A stretch of DNA of 64,000 bases, counting the filler, from Globobulimina sp. (lineage: Eukaryota), in NCBI GenBank assembly GCA_003354225.1. It is 40 parts of 40 records of this genome, joined end to end, with 100 filler letters (N's around TTAATTAATTAA, not from the genome) between each part and the next. Parts side by side here need not be neighbours in the genome. Positions count along the whole stretch, not along the records: positions 12,825 to 14,327 come from PIVH01015646.1; positions 14,428 to 15,930 come from PIVH01015647.1; positions 16,031 to 17,533 come from PIVH01015648.1; positions 17,634 to 19,136 come from PIVH01015649.1; positions 19,237 to 20,739 come from PIVH01015650.1; positions 20,840 to 22,342 come from PIVH01015651.1; positions 22,443 to 23,945 come from PIVH01015652.1; positions 24,046 to 25,548 come from PIVH01015653.1; 32 more parts are not named here. One strand, 5' to 3'. This document shows, one piece after another, positions 12,827 to 24,652 of this stretch. The notes beneath the pieces were generated by a model. The model made no database searches. It had not been told where the DNA came from and saw only the letters and a program-made list of their open reading frames with translations. A program made the translations under genes and the position numbers. The number at the start of each line of letters is the position of its first letter. Within the stretch, counting starts at the first letter, position 1.

Positions 12827-13129
12827 GAACTTCAAACTATTGTTGATAGTTTTATTGCAAAGATAAACTCCATTAAACCAGAAGAGTATGACAATGTTCA
12901 TACGATCTGCAATTTAGTCAATGGTAATCAAATTTCTATACCTACATGGTACTTGATGTTCCAGGGGCATGACCTTGAAGGCTCACTAAAATCTATTTTT
13001 AAACCACTTCAAAAATTTCAAAGAGAAGGTGATTTGAAAAAAGACATAATTAGAAAAATATTTGATGATCTTCCAGGATTAATATCCCAAGATTTCATCA
13101 CATTGTTTGAAAGTATTCGTAGTAGCTGA
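12827..13129 (+). CDS. 3' end of a hypothetical, possibly bacterial DUF4435-like protein
   Basis: 101 open codons from the contig edge, ending FQGHDLEGSLKSIFKPLQKF...IFDDLPGLISQDFITLFESIRSS*; GHDL motif recalled from DUF4435-type proteins. Confidence 0.35.
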   Translation, partial: ELQTIVDSFIAKINSIKPEEYDNVHTICNLVNGNQISIPTWYLMFQGHDLEGSLKSIFKPLQKFQREGDLKKDIIRKIFDDLPGLISQDFITLFESIRSS

Positions 13130-13509
13130 TGTAACAAACGACATATTGCTTTGCCGATGAATGGGCATTATCGATACAAAAACTAATCCGAATTCAATTC
13201 TAGTAGGTTAGTGCTAAGGTCGGCAATGTGGTATTAGTGAATATTGAATAATGCAATTAGTAAGGGAGCGATCATGATTAATTTATACGTATTTTGTCTT
13301 TTAATGTTATACGCTTTGTAATTGGAACTTGTTAATATAAATTGAGGAATGTTTTTTTCCGAAAAACAGCGTTACAAAACTGCGGCTAATCATCTCTTAT
13401 TAATTATTCCCTCAGCAGCTACTATGCGGCGATATAAATTAAATTATAATTTGAAGAGTTATCCTTCGTTGCTTTTTTGATTATTGATTCAAAAGCATAG
13501 AATTAAGAG

Positions 13510-14327
13510 ATGCCTGCAATAAAAATTAATTTTGAATTTGATTTAAATAAATTCCAACAAATAACGGAGCATTCAAATGAGCAGAGCGTGCAACATGACA
13601 TGAAACAAAGATTGCAATTCTCGTTAGAAACATTTCAAGCAAAACTAAAAGGAAATACCCAAATTGGTACTCTTCGCTGTAATTTATATGCTGCGATTCA
13701 TAAAGCAAATCCCCAGCTTTTTGCTGGATGCAAAGGGATCAACATATCATTTAAAGGAGTTACATTAGATTCAGACTCCCTCACTTTGATCGATATTGGC
13801 TGTCTATGGAATAATTCGACGTTGACTGTTTCTCCGACAATATCTGTCTTAGATTTTATTTCTACATTCTTAGATTACTCGGATTTAGCACAAAACAAAC
13901 ATTTGTTTCACTTTTTAATTTGGAATGTAATGCACGAATCTGTCAAAGAAAAAGATTTACGAATTTGGGATATATTTTGTTCGTTGGTATTAATTTTCTG
14001 GAGTAAAAACAAACGTTTTTTCAGCGAGAAAGCAAAGATTTTTTTAAATTATTTATTACATTTTGATCCAGATCCATTGAGACAATTTTGTGGATGGAAA
14101 GTATTGAATGTTGCAATGGGAACGGAATTAAGTTTGTTTATTCTGGAAAAGTTGTTGATTGACGAAAATATGTTATTTGAAACAGATAATTTCTCAACAA
14201 ATGGTTTGATGCATTGCATTTTAGAAAGTGATATGAAAGCATTTGAGCATATTCTTGAGTTTGGAATCGATTTAAAAGAAGACATTGATGCAACAAATAC
14301 GGTCAATGATTTTGTTTCCATTTATGG
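13510..14327 (+). CDS. Ubiquitin-like domain protein with possible ankyrin-like C-terminus; 3'-truncated
   Basis: TQIGTLR...ISFKGVTLDSDSLTLIDIG...STLTV fits a UBL pattern; NGLMHCILESDMKAFEHILEFGID resembles an ankyrin repeat. Confidence 0.5.
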
Positions 14328-14428
14328 NNNNNNNNNNNNNNNNNNNNNNNNNNNNNNNNNNNNNNNNNNNNTTAATTAATTAANNNNNNNNNNNNNNNNN
14401 NNNNNNNNNNNNNNNNNNNNNNNNNNNA

Positions 14429-15930
14429 GCGAGCATCATTAAAACCATTACAACTTCATTTTTTTCATATGACACCAAAAAACCACAACAATTAAATACG
14501 CGTAAAGTGCAAAGGAGAGTTTTTAAAGCACCACAACATCGAATAATGGGCTCAACGAATAACAAAGTTATTATGATAGTGGGTCAAACTGGCGCTGGCA
14601 AAACAACATTGATTAATTCTATGATGAATTTTATTTACGGTGTGGAATATACAGATCCCTATCGATTTAGATTAATTCAAGAAAAAGAAAAAGAAAAAAA
14701 ACAAGCGGAAAGCCAAACCGATCATGTTTCAACATATCATATCAAACACGAGGATGGCTGGCGAATTCCATACGATTTAACTATTATAGACACGCCAGGC
14801 TTTGCAGATACGCGCGGAATTGAGAAAGATAAGCAAATTATATCCGATATTAGATATTTTTTCGAGAAAATATTAGACGGCATAGACGGTGTATGTTTTG
14901 TAGTCAAATCAACAGAAAGCAGATTGACTGGATCACAAAATTATGTATTCAATAATGTGTTGAATTTATGGGCAAAAGATTTATTGGAAAACATATTTGT
15001 TTTATTGACATTTTGTGATGGTTCAAGACCTCCGGTATTGGACGCATTGGCACAACATCAAACATTAAAACATTGTCAAAGATTTAGATTAAACAATTCT
15101 GCATATTCCGAAGATCCAACTAACCGTAACCCACTCGAAGATGATTCATTTAATGAAATGTTTTGGGCGATGGGCACCAAATGTTTTGATAAGTTCTTTA
15201 AATCCTTACAATTAACACCAACAAAATCAATTAATGAATGTCGCGAAGTACTTAAACAAAGAGAGGCCATTCAAGTCAAAATTGAAGACATTTCCTACAG
15301 TGTTGACAATGCATTAGCAAAGCAGCAAGATATTGCTGAGCAAGAACGTTTAGTTAAGGCTAATAAAGAAAAAGTCAATCAAAATATGGAAGTATTCCAT
15401 GAAAAAAAGGACAAAAAATGGGTGAAAGTACCATCAACGAGTTCGATTATTACCACATGCCTTCATTGCAACAAAACATGCCATAAAGGGTGTTCTGTTT
15501 TATTGAAAAAGGATTGTTGTGTGATGAATGACGATTATTGTTGTACTGTTTGTGATTGTCATGTGAATGAACATGACAATAGACCTTATTATTATGAATG
15601 GCAAATAACTACTAAACAGGAAAGTAACTGGGATGAACACATAACAAAAAAAGAGCTATATGCTGCAGCTCAAGCAGGTGTATCCAAAGCACAATTGATA
15701 TTGAAAAACTTAGCAAAAGAAAAACAACGTTTAGAAACGGAAGTACATGGAATGATTGCTGCTATATTGGGTTATCGTAATTATTTAGAAGAAGTAGCAT
15801 TGAGACCTTCATTATCGACGGTTGGCGATTATATTGATCAATTAATACAAAATGAGGAAGATAGTCCAACCAGAGATAATAAGAAAATTAAACAATTAAT
15901 GAAATGCAAAGACCAGGAATTAATGATTCA
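14429..15930 (+). CDS. Septin/AIG1-like P-loop GTPase with Cys/His-rich insert and coiled coil; truncated
   Basis: G1 GQTGAGKTT, G3 DTPG, G4-like TFCD; TTCLHCNKTCHKGC...CCTVCDCHVNEH; coiled-coil flanks. Confidence 0.85.
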
Positions 15931-17129
15931 NNNNNNNNNNNNNNNNNNNNNNNNNNNNNNNNNNNNNNNNNNNNTTAATTAATTAANNNNNNNNNNNNNN
16001 NNNNNNNNNNNNNNNNNNNNNNNNNNNNNNTTGGAAAACATCTATATTCTCCCTTTTTGATGCAGTATCTTGTAAACATTAATGGCACCGGTGGGTTTTG
16101 GAAGTTTTTTGCCGAATATCGTTTGTGGTTTTTGGATGGCACGGCTTGCATCACTCTGTTTCTGTATGAGTCGACCACTAATTCTCCATTTTTATATTTA
16201 TATGGCTGGAAATGCACAGTCTTGTTGCAGATATTTTGGATAATGTTTTTAAATTTTCGGGTTGTCACTGATAACTTTCCATTGCCTCAATTTATAGCTG
16301 CTGTCAATATATACTGTTTGTAAGATGATAAATTTAATAGGCAATACTGAAAATAAAATATTGCAACATTACACTCACGTCGACATCAAAATCAATAAAC
16401 TGATTCCTACTAATAAAATAAATCGATATTCAGATTTCTGGCGACTCTTAAAATGAGATAAAATATTTCGACGAATGTATTGCAATATATATGGATGATA
16501 TTTCGTTCTTTTTGATGGCAAAATAATTTCAGAATCAATATTTTGATGCCGCAGTGGTTTATATAGTATTTTTGATTCTGTTTTATATATCAACTTCCTT
16601 TTCTCATCCCTCAACTCATGCATCTTTGATTTATAAAATATTTAAAGTTTCTGCTTTGGATATATTTCTGTTGTCTAACATGTCTTCCTCGCATCTTTAA
16701 CTTATTTATATTAGTTGAAAGAGATATTATATTAGTTGCGCACTATGCCCGCTCTGTCAATGCAGATCACGCCGCAGCCTTTTCTATAAATCAGGAACTC
16801 GCGGTGGCAAATAATGTCTTCTCCAGACACATCCAGATCGGAACCGACATACAACTCTAAAAAATACTCGATTCCCGCAAAGCAAACGTCGTATTTTACT
16901 CTCCGTTTACTGCGCTCAATGCGCGACATCTCATTGCTCAGCTCATCGGCGCCCATATTTAAGATCAATCGCAGCATAAACGACAAAATCAGACATAAAT
17001 TCACATTCTTTTTCACCAACTCTTCTTCAAACAGTAACACGTCGGTCAGCAAAAAGTTTCGTATTTGGAGCGATGTCTTGGTTGTTGCTCCACGAAAAAT
17101 AGATAATTATTGATTGAAAACGAATGTAC

Positions 17130-17378
17130 CGCACCAACCGAGCAGTGTCAATGTAACGGATTTCACACAGCAAAGCCGTGATGCCAACATAATGCATATA
17201 CAGAATGCCAATGTGATGGATTTAAGGCAGCCAATCAACATAATATACTGCACGAACCCGGGAGTGCCAATGTAACGGGTTTAACGCAGCCAAGCTGTGC
17301 TGCCACAATAATGAATATACAGCACCAACCCAGGAGTGCAAATGTAACGGATTAGACTGCAAAAACCCGGGAGTGAAA
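17130..17378 (+). repeat. Imperfect tandem repeat with core tgccaatgtaacggatt, about 4 copies at about 60-70 nt spacing
   Basis: Core near 17146, 17206, 17266 and 17337; intervening sequences are related to each other. Confidence 0.6.
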
Positions 17379-17533
17379 ATGAAAAATGAAATGAAAATGA
17401 AAAAAAATGAAAAATGAAATGAAAAAAAATGAAATGAAAATGAAAAATGAAATGAAAATGAAATAAAAATGAAAAATGAAATTAAAAAAAATGAAATGAA
17501 AATGAAAAATGAAATGAAAATGAAATAAAAATG
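17376..17533 (+). repeat. (GAAAAT/GAAAT)n microsatellite
   Basis: Visible directly. Confidence 0.9.
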
Positions 17534-17849
17534 NNNNNNNNNNNNNNNNNNNNNNNNNNNNNNNNNNNNNNNNNNNNTTAATTAATTAANNNNNNNNNNN
17601 NNNNNNNNNNNNNNNNNNNNNNNNNNNNNNNNNGATATGTTTATCATACCCAAATATTCTTCCCGCCAAAATAGGAAGATATTTATTCAAATATAGCTTG
17701 TCAACAAATGGATATATTCCTTTCTCACTGCCTTCATTTTCTAAATATATATATGATGTAAATATTCATCAATGTTTTTATCATCTAATGTCAATGTTTT
17801 GCCATTATTTGTACACCAATATTGTATCATCATTTCATCGTATAAATAT

Positions 17850-18241
17850 GGATAGGATAGGATAGGATACGATAGGATATGTCTATGATATGTCTAGTAT
17901 AGTATATGATAGGATAGTATAGTATAATATAAAATAGTATAGTATAGTACAGGATAGGATAGGATAAGATAGGATAGGATAGCATATGATAGTATAGTAT
18001 ATGATAGGACTGTATAGTATAGTATAGTGATAGTCTAGTATAGTATACGATAAGATAGGATACGATAAGATAGGATAGGATACGATAGGATACGATATGA
18101 TACGATAGGATAGGATAGGGTAGGATAGAATAAGATAGATAGGATACGATAAGATACGATAGGCTAGGATACAATAGAACACGATACGATAGTATAGGAT
18201 AGGATACGATATGTCTAGCATAGGATAGGATAGGATAGGAT
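17850..18241 (+). repeat. (GATAG/TATAG)n pentanucleotide microsatellite
   Basis: About 390 nt of degenerate 5-mers; produces spurious ILSYP ORFs. Confidence 0.92.
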
Positions 18242-18247
18242 CCTCAC

Positions 18248-18473
18248 ATTTATAATATACGTTATATTCACTGACTAAGATGTAATGAATTGGCGTACTG
18301 CCACCAGATCCAATACCATTGATTCCTGATAATATAATCAATGTCCAAAATGATGTATTTTTGTCTGTTAAATAAACAATAAATAGTGTGGGTAAACATA
18401 GAATTATTGTTATTGTCAGTAATATCATTCGTTTATTATAAATTTGACACAAATGATGTACAAAAAGTAACAT
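18248..18473 (-). pseudogene. MFS transporter-like exon fragment
   Basis: RMILLTITIILCLPTLF...FWTLIILSGINGIGSGGSTPIHYILVSEY resembles MFS TM3-TM5; flanked by microsatellite and duplicated sequence. Confidence 0.45.
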
Positions 18474-19828
18474 TATCGTTCATTGAAATTACTGAAAAAT
18501 GATGTACAAAGTAACATTATCGTTCAAATGATGTACAAAAATTGATTATAATGAAATTACTGAAAAAAGAGCGAATGATCAAATATTATATAATCATAAA
18601 TTAAATGAAAAAATATTGCAAATTGAATCAAATGATAAAACAGCTGGTTTATTTCGGGAATCTATGTTGGAAATATTTGATACTTTAAAATTTAGCGACA
18701 TTCATGGTATGAAAATATGGTATATTGCATATTATATTTTAAATAATGAAGCAAAACCAGATCCAGCCTAAATTCCTCGTTCTAAAGAAATTAGAAAATT
18801 ATACAATCAATGATTTATTTGTACATTAATTGTTATTTATTTTTATGTATATTCTTTTTGTACATCATTTGTAAATAAACATAAATACTCTGAATAACTT
18901 ATCTATGTTGTAAGATTTTTCATTCTATTCTCCTTCTTTGTTAAATAAGTTTCTGCATGTTTGTATTTTTCAATGCAATTATACAAATTGTTGTTTTTAT
19001 TGCATTGAAGATTACGACCTTGCAATTCATTTTAACATCACATTGTGATTAATATTTATCTAAAGAGTCTACAAAAAAATTATCAGACCAATTGATCGTG
19101 GTTTCCGACTCATGAAATTTAGTGATTTGTCATTACNNNNNNNNNNNNNNNNNNNNNNNNNNNNNNNNNNNNNNNNNNNNTTAATTAATTAANNNNNNNN
19201 NNNNNNNNNNNNNNNNNNNNNNNNNNNNNNNNNNNNCTAGTTCCTAGCTGTCGTTAATTGTAATGACTTGTAATAACTAGTTTTTGCAAACTAGTCACTC
19301 AAATATCAATTGTAATAAATTGTAATTGATGACACCTAGGTCCTAGGTATCAATTCTAATTACGTAATACTAGAACATTCCCTAACCTGGCGAGCAATAT
19401 ACTGCGTTTAGTGAGGAAAAGTATGTTGAATAATTCTTGATTTGTCCGATGTATTGCCAGTATTGTGTCATTTGCAATTGCATACAGAATTGACTGTTCT
19501 TTGAAATATTATTGTACTCTTGAAAATATGTTCCCATAATTCTAGTGTTATGAATATGGAAGAATATTAATACTGCAATCACAACAAATTCAAGAGTAGC
19601 GAAACAATTCTCATCTTGTCTCATTGGATCGCATATTCGCATATTCTAGTCCCAACACTCTATAAACACAACTATTGAGCTAATTTTCATAGTGGTGATC
19701 GGACTTCAACTTTTGGAGTTAATCGCGCACCACAATGATTAGTAGTTTTCTAACTTTGCATCATATGTTCAAAAAAGTTCCGATCAGCTGCATCTTCTTA
19801 ATTTATGATTGAAATCCATTGAGCCATC

Positions 19829-20737
19829 TTAATATGGAAAATGACATAAATTACATTGACCATTTTCAAATATATGTATTCCATTTGGATCAACGCATTT
19901 AATGACACGATTAAAAAATTTAGACATAAATGCAAAAAAGCGATGACAATCACGGCACATTTTCATTGTTATTGTTACTGATAAATTACTGTTAATATTA
20001 TCAACATCTAACAATATCGCCAATGCTTTCTTTTCAGCATGATATTTTAAGTGTTTTTGTCTTGCTTTTTTATTAATTAATGATCCGTTACAAACAGAAT
20101 AATCAATATCATAACCACTCAAACATATTAATTTATTAATTTTATCATCATCGGCATCAATATCATTGGATCCATTGCATATTATCATTTGTTTCCCATT
20201 TAAAGTGAAAAATGCCACCATATTCGTGTCCAAATGGTGGTGCTCATCATTACCATTCTCCAAATTCAATATTTCCGATAAATGTATTTGTAATTCTTTA
20301 TCATTACATTTTGTAGCTCCACGATATAATGCAATACATTGATATAAATCCAATCCATTAATATCAAAACAATTAGCATATTCATTATCATTTTCATGCT
20401 TTTTAATGACACAATTTGTTTCATTCAATGTCTGTTTTGCAATGCATTGATTATTAACATTATTATAGTATTTGCATAAGGAACATTGATATAAATATAC
20501 ATTTGATTTGATTATATTCATTAAATCATTTAGTTTTTCATTTCTGTTTTCATACTGCAATAATATATTCAATGCACAAATGTCATGGTTTCCTGTTTCT
20601 GTCATTATCTTATCATAAACCAATCGCATTTCATTCAATTTATTTAATTTGCCGCAGCCTGTTATTATTTGATGAAATGAGGTCGGATTTACATTTGAAA
20701 TGCTTTGTAATTGAGTTACTAACTTTTTATTATTCAA
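19829..20737 (-). CDS. PPR protein with C-terminal DYW-type cytidine deaminase domain; 5'-truncated
   Basis: PPR-like NPTSFHQIITGCGKLNKLNEMRLVYDKIM; GYDID...LKYHAEKKALA (HxE), MKMCRDCHRFF (CxxC), RVIKCVDPNGIHIFENGQC. Confidence 0.85.
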   Translation of the reverse strand: MNNKKLVTQLQSISNVNPTSFHQIITGCGKLNKLNEMRLVYDKIMTETGNHDICALNILLQYENRNEKLNDLMNIIKSNVYLYQCSLCKYYNNVNNQCIAKQTLNETNCVIKKHENDNEYANCFDINGLDLYQCIALYRGATKCNDKELQIHLSEILNLENGNDEHHHLDTNMVAFFTLNGKQMIICNGSNDIDADDDKINKLICLSGYDIDYSVCNGSLINKKARQKHLKYHAEKKALAILLDVDNINSNLSVTITMKMCRDCHRFFAFMSKFFNRVIKCVDPNGIHIFENGQCNLCHFPY

Positions 20738-20839
20738 TANNNNNNNNNNNNNNNNNNNNNNNNNNNNNNNNNNNNNNNNNNNNTTAATTAATTAANNNNN
20801 NNNNNNNNNNNNNNNNNNNNNNNNNNNNNNNNNNNNNNN

Positions 20840-21672
20840 TTAATATTAATAGGAAGTATGTCCTCAACATATTCGACATCATTCACATATATTGGAGCAG
20901 GCGTTATATTTTGTATATTATCTGACCATTTAATAGGATTACCGTCGCTATTTGTTTTCTTATGTTTCTTGCTTGAAATCATTAATATGTGGCTATGCTG
21001 GTAATTATTACTATAACTTAATGACGGAATAGGTGATAGCTCCGCCGTTGGTGTGCAATCCAGAGGTATCGGTGTACGTGAAATATTTACCGATTGCACT
21101 TTCAAGGTTGGCGATGTGTTGGCGTAACATGTTGGTATATATTGGTCATAAGCAGACAGTAAACGCGTTTTCAGTTTGCGGATATGTTCATCCTTTTGAA
21201 ATAATTCGTTTCTCATTCTGTATATTTCTTGGATTTGCATATTGCTGTTTTGCTCCATTTTCGATATATCACAAATATAATTTTCCATTTGACGTTTGTA
21301 TGATTTTAATTGTTTGGTATGTTGGATTTCTTTATTGATTGATTGTTGTTGATAATGTTTCAATTTATTCTGCATACAATTTTGTTTACTTTTATGATTT
21401 TGGATTTGTTGCTGTAATTGATTTATTACACTGATATATTCATCTTTTTTTTGGCTATATTCGACCTGTAATTGCGCTTTAATTTGTTCGTACTGTGATT
21501 TATGTTGTCGACATACAATATTTAGAATGGTCATTTTTTGTTTTAGAATGGTGTTTTCTGTTTTGGTGGAACGGAGTTGTTTCAATAGCTCTCCCTTGTC
21601 ATCGGTGGCAATATTTTTACAATTGGTATGATCCGCATTGCTGTACATTACTGAAACAGTAGCCATTGTCAA
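20840..21672 (-). CDS. Coiled-coil hypothetical protein; 3'-truncated
   Basis: Long Q/K/E-rich helical ORF. Confidence 0.5.
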
Positions 21673-21842
21673 GTAATGTAACTCAAAGTAAAAAATGTTT
21701 GCTGAGTTTGCTATACTAAAAGTTCGCTATACTAAAATTGATCTAACATATTAAGCAGAAAGGGGAAGAAAAAAAGATGATAAAAAAGAAATAAAAAAAT
21801 AAAGAATAATAACAATATAGTTATATAATACACAATTATACA

Positions 21843-22342
21843 TCAAACAAACAAGCGAGATCGATCGACATCATCTGTTGATTCAATTGCAAAATTTACG
21901 CGATTTTTCCAATATTGATTTATTGTCTGCGCATCCATTAATCCACACTCACTTTCATGACTTTGATCAGTGTACTTCGGAGTGTCATTGTCCTTTGTGG
22001 TCACACCAACATTTGTACTCACTGTGTCGGCAAAGGACATCACATCATCATCATGAGCACGTTGCAATTGTACTCCTTTCTTTTTATTACTAACTCCTTC
22101 ATACACAAAATGGCCAAGTATTTCATGATAATATTGCAGCTGTTCTTTACCCGCAGCCGTCTCACTAATTGCTCTTCGGAGTGATAATAATTCATTGTTC
22201 ATACTCATAATGTCCGTTCGATTAATAATTTGCGACCTTCTCCCATCCAAATTATATTCAAACCTCTCAGTGTCGGTTACTTCCGTCACCGATGATGTAT
22301 CTTTCCGTATGTTGTCATTCTTATTTTCGTCATTAATACATT
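21843..22342 (-). CDS. Hypothetical protein, C-terminal part
   Basis: Open frame with protein-like composition, ending at a stop followed by AT-rich UTR. Confidence 0.4.
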
Positions 22343-22442
22343 NNNNNNNNNNNNNNNNNNNNNNNNNNNNNNNNNNNNNNNNNNNNTTAATTAATTAANN
22401 NNNNNNNNNNNNNNNNNNNNNNNNNNNNNNNNNNNNNNNNNN

Positions 22443-23945
22443 ATGTTTTGTTGTCCGATCTTTTAATGTTTTGTTGTCCACGTTACACGTTGCAGTGAAT
22501 CGATTGATCTTTTAATGTTTTGTTGTCCACGTTGCAGTGAACCGACTAATCTTTTAATGTTTTGTTGTCCACGTTACACGTTGCAGTGAATCGATTGATC
22601 TTTTAATGTTTTGTTGTCCACGTTGCAGTGAACCGTTTGATCTTTTAATGTTTTGTTGTCCGCGTTGCAGTAAACCGTCTGATCTTTTAATGTTTTGTTG
22701 TCCCCGTTGCAGTGAATAGTCTTTTAATGTTTTGTTGTCCACGTTGCAGTAAACTGACTGCTTGTTTATGTTTTGTTATCCACTTGCTGTGAACAGACTG
22801 ATCTTTTAATGTTTTGTTGTCCAAGTTGCAGTGAACCGACTGATCTTTTAATGTTTTGTACTTGCAGTGAACAGACTGATCTTTTAATGTTTTGTTGTCC
22901 ACGTTGCAGTGAACCGACTGATCTTTTAATGTTTTGTTGTCCACGTTGCAGTAAACCGACTGATCTTTTAATGTTTTGTTATCCACTTGCAGTGAACAGA
23001 CTGATATTTTAATGTTTTGTTGTCCACGTTGCAGTGAACCGACTGATCTTTTAATGTTTTGTTGTCCACGTTGCAGTAAACCGTCTGATTTTTTAATGTT
23101 TTGTTGTCCCCGTTGCAGTGAATCGACTGGTCTTTTAATGTTTTGTTGTCCACGTTGCAGTAAACTGACTGCTTGTTTATGTTTTGTTTTGTTGTCCACG
23201 TTGCAGTGAACCGACTGATCTTTTAATGTTTTGTTGTCAATGTTGCAGTAAACCGACTGATCTTTTAATGTTTTGCTGTCCACGTTGCAGTGAATCGATT
23301 GATCTTTTAATGTTTTGTTGTCCATGTTGCAGTGAACAGAACAGACTGATCTTTTAATGTTTTGTTGTCCACGTTGCAGTGAACCGTCTGATCTTTTAAT
23401 GTTTTGTTGTCCGCGTTGCAGTAAACCGTCTGATCTTTTAATGTTTTGTTGTCCACGTTGCTGTGAACTGACTGATCTTTTAATGTTTTGTTGCCCATGT
23501 TGCAGTAAACAGACTGGTTTGTTATGTTTTGTATGTTTTGTTGTTCACGTTGCAGTAAATTGTTTATGTTTTGTTGTCCACGTTGCAGTAAACCGACTGA
23601 TCTTTTATGTTTTATTGTCCACGTTGCTTATGTTTTATTGCCCAGACTGATTTGTTATTTTTTTATGTTTTGTTGTTCACGTTGCAGTAAATTGTTTATG
23701 TTTTGTTGTCCACGTTGCAGTGAACCGACTGATCTTTTAATGGTTTGTTGTCCACGTTGCAGTAACCCGTCTGATCTTTTAATGTTTTGTTGTCCACGTT
23801 GCAGTAAACCGACTGATCTTTAATGATTTATTGAACAAGTTGCAGTGAATCGATTGATCTTTTAATGTTTTGTTGTACACTTTGCAGTGCACTGTCTGAT
23901 TTTTTTACTGTTTTGTTGTCCACGCAGTAACCCGACTGATCTTTA
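22443..23945. repeat. 42-nt satellite (ttttaatgttttgttgtccacgttgcagtgaaccgactgatc) filling the contig
   Basis: About 35 head-to-tail units with substitutions and short indels; no unique spacers. Confidence 0.95.
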
Positions 23946-24361
23946 NNNNNNNNNNNNNNNNNNNNNNNNNNNNNNNNNNNNNNNNNNNNTTAATTAATTA
24001 ANNNNNNNNNNNNNNNNNNNNNNNNNNNNNNNNNNNNNNNNNNNNCAGTGGATTGTGATTGAATAATTGGATGGTTTTAGATTTTAGAAGCAATAATGAT
24101 AACTGTTGTCACCAAATATTACAGTACTTAAGTGTTAATTTTGTATCGATCATTCAAATAACTCTATTAATGTAATTTATACATTTAAAATTTATATAAT
24201 TATTAGTATAAAATTGTATTGACGCTTCTAAAACCATCCAATTCTCCACACCCAATCCACTGATTATTATTTTACGATTTCTGTACGTATTTTAATCCAA
24301 ACAGTTATAATTATGATAAGCCAAAAAAAAAATGCATATTTATCCAAAAAATACACAATAC

Positions 24362-24578
24362 CTTCAAGGTTAAATACATATTTATCCAAAAAATTCGAAT
24401 CATTATTGATATGTTGAATCGCTAACCAATGACCTCCCGTGGTTTGTACACTATCATCACTTAAATTATATTTATTTGTGATTGCGAAGATTGTAACCGA
24501 TATTTTATTGTCTGAATTCGTACAAATCAGCGTGATAGTTAAACTTAATAATATCAGTAAAATAACAACAGTTGACAT
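24362..24578 (-). CDS. Signal peptide plus start of an ANF-receptor/Venus-flytrap-like domain (class C GPCR-like); first exon, may be degenerate
   Basis: MSTVVILLILLSLTITLIC signal; HWLAIQHINNDSNFLDKYVFNL matches the A..HIN....L..Y.L pattern; GT donor after the exon. Confidence 0.45.
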
Positions 24579-24652
24579 GATTATTGGTGGCTACTATTAA
24601 ACATGGAAGTTGCTGAAAACACAAAGATTTATTAAAAGCAGTCTTTGGTATA

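Noticed and set aside
16031-17113. Several short ORFs as a transposon or viral gene set
   Set aside because: No recognisable catalytic motif, so no call could be supported
17130-17378. Possible degenerate CRISPR array with about 60-nt period
   Set aside because: Repeats are poorly conserved and the intervening sequences resemble each other
17830-18241. ILSYP-repeat ORFs as proteins
   Set aside because: Translation artefacts of the (GATAG)n microsatellite
22443-23945. Possible CRISPR array
   Set aside because: Units are head-to-tail copies with no unique spacers, and no cas genes are present; it is a satellite
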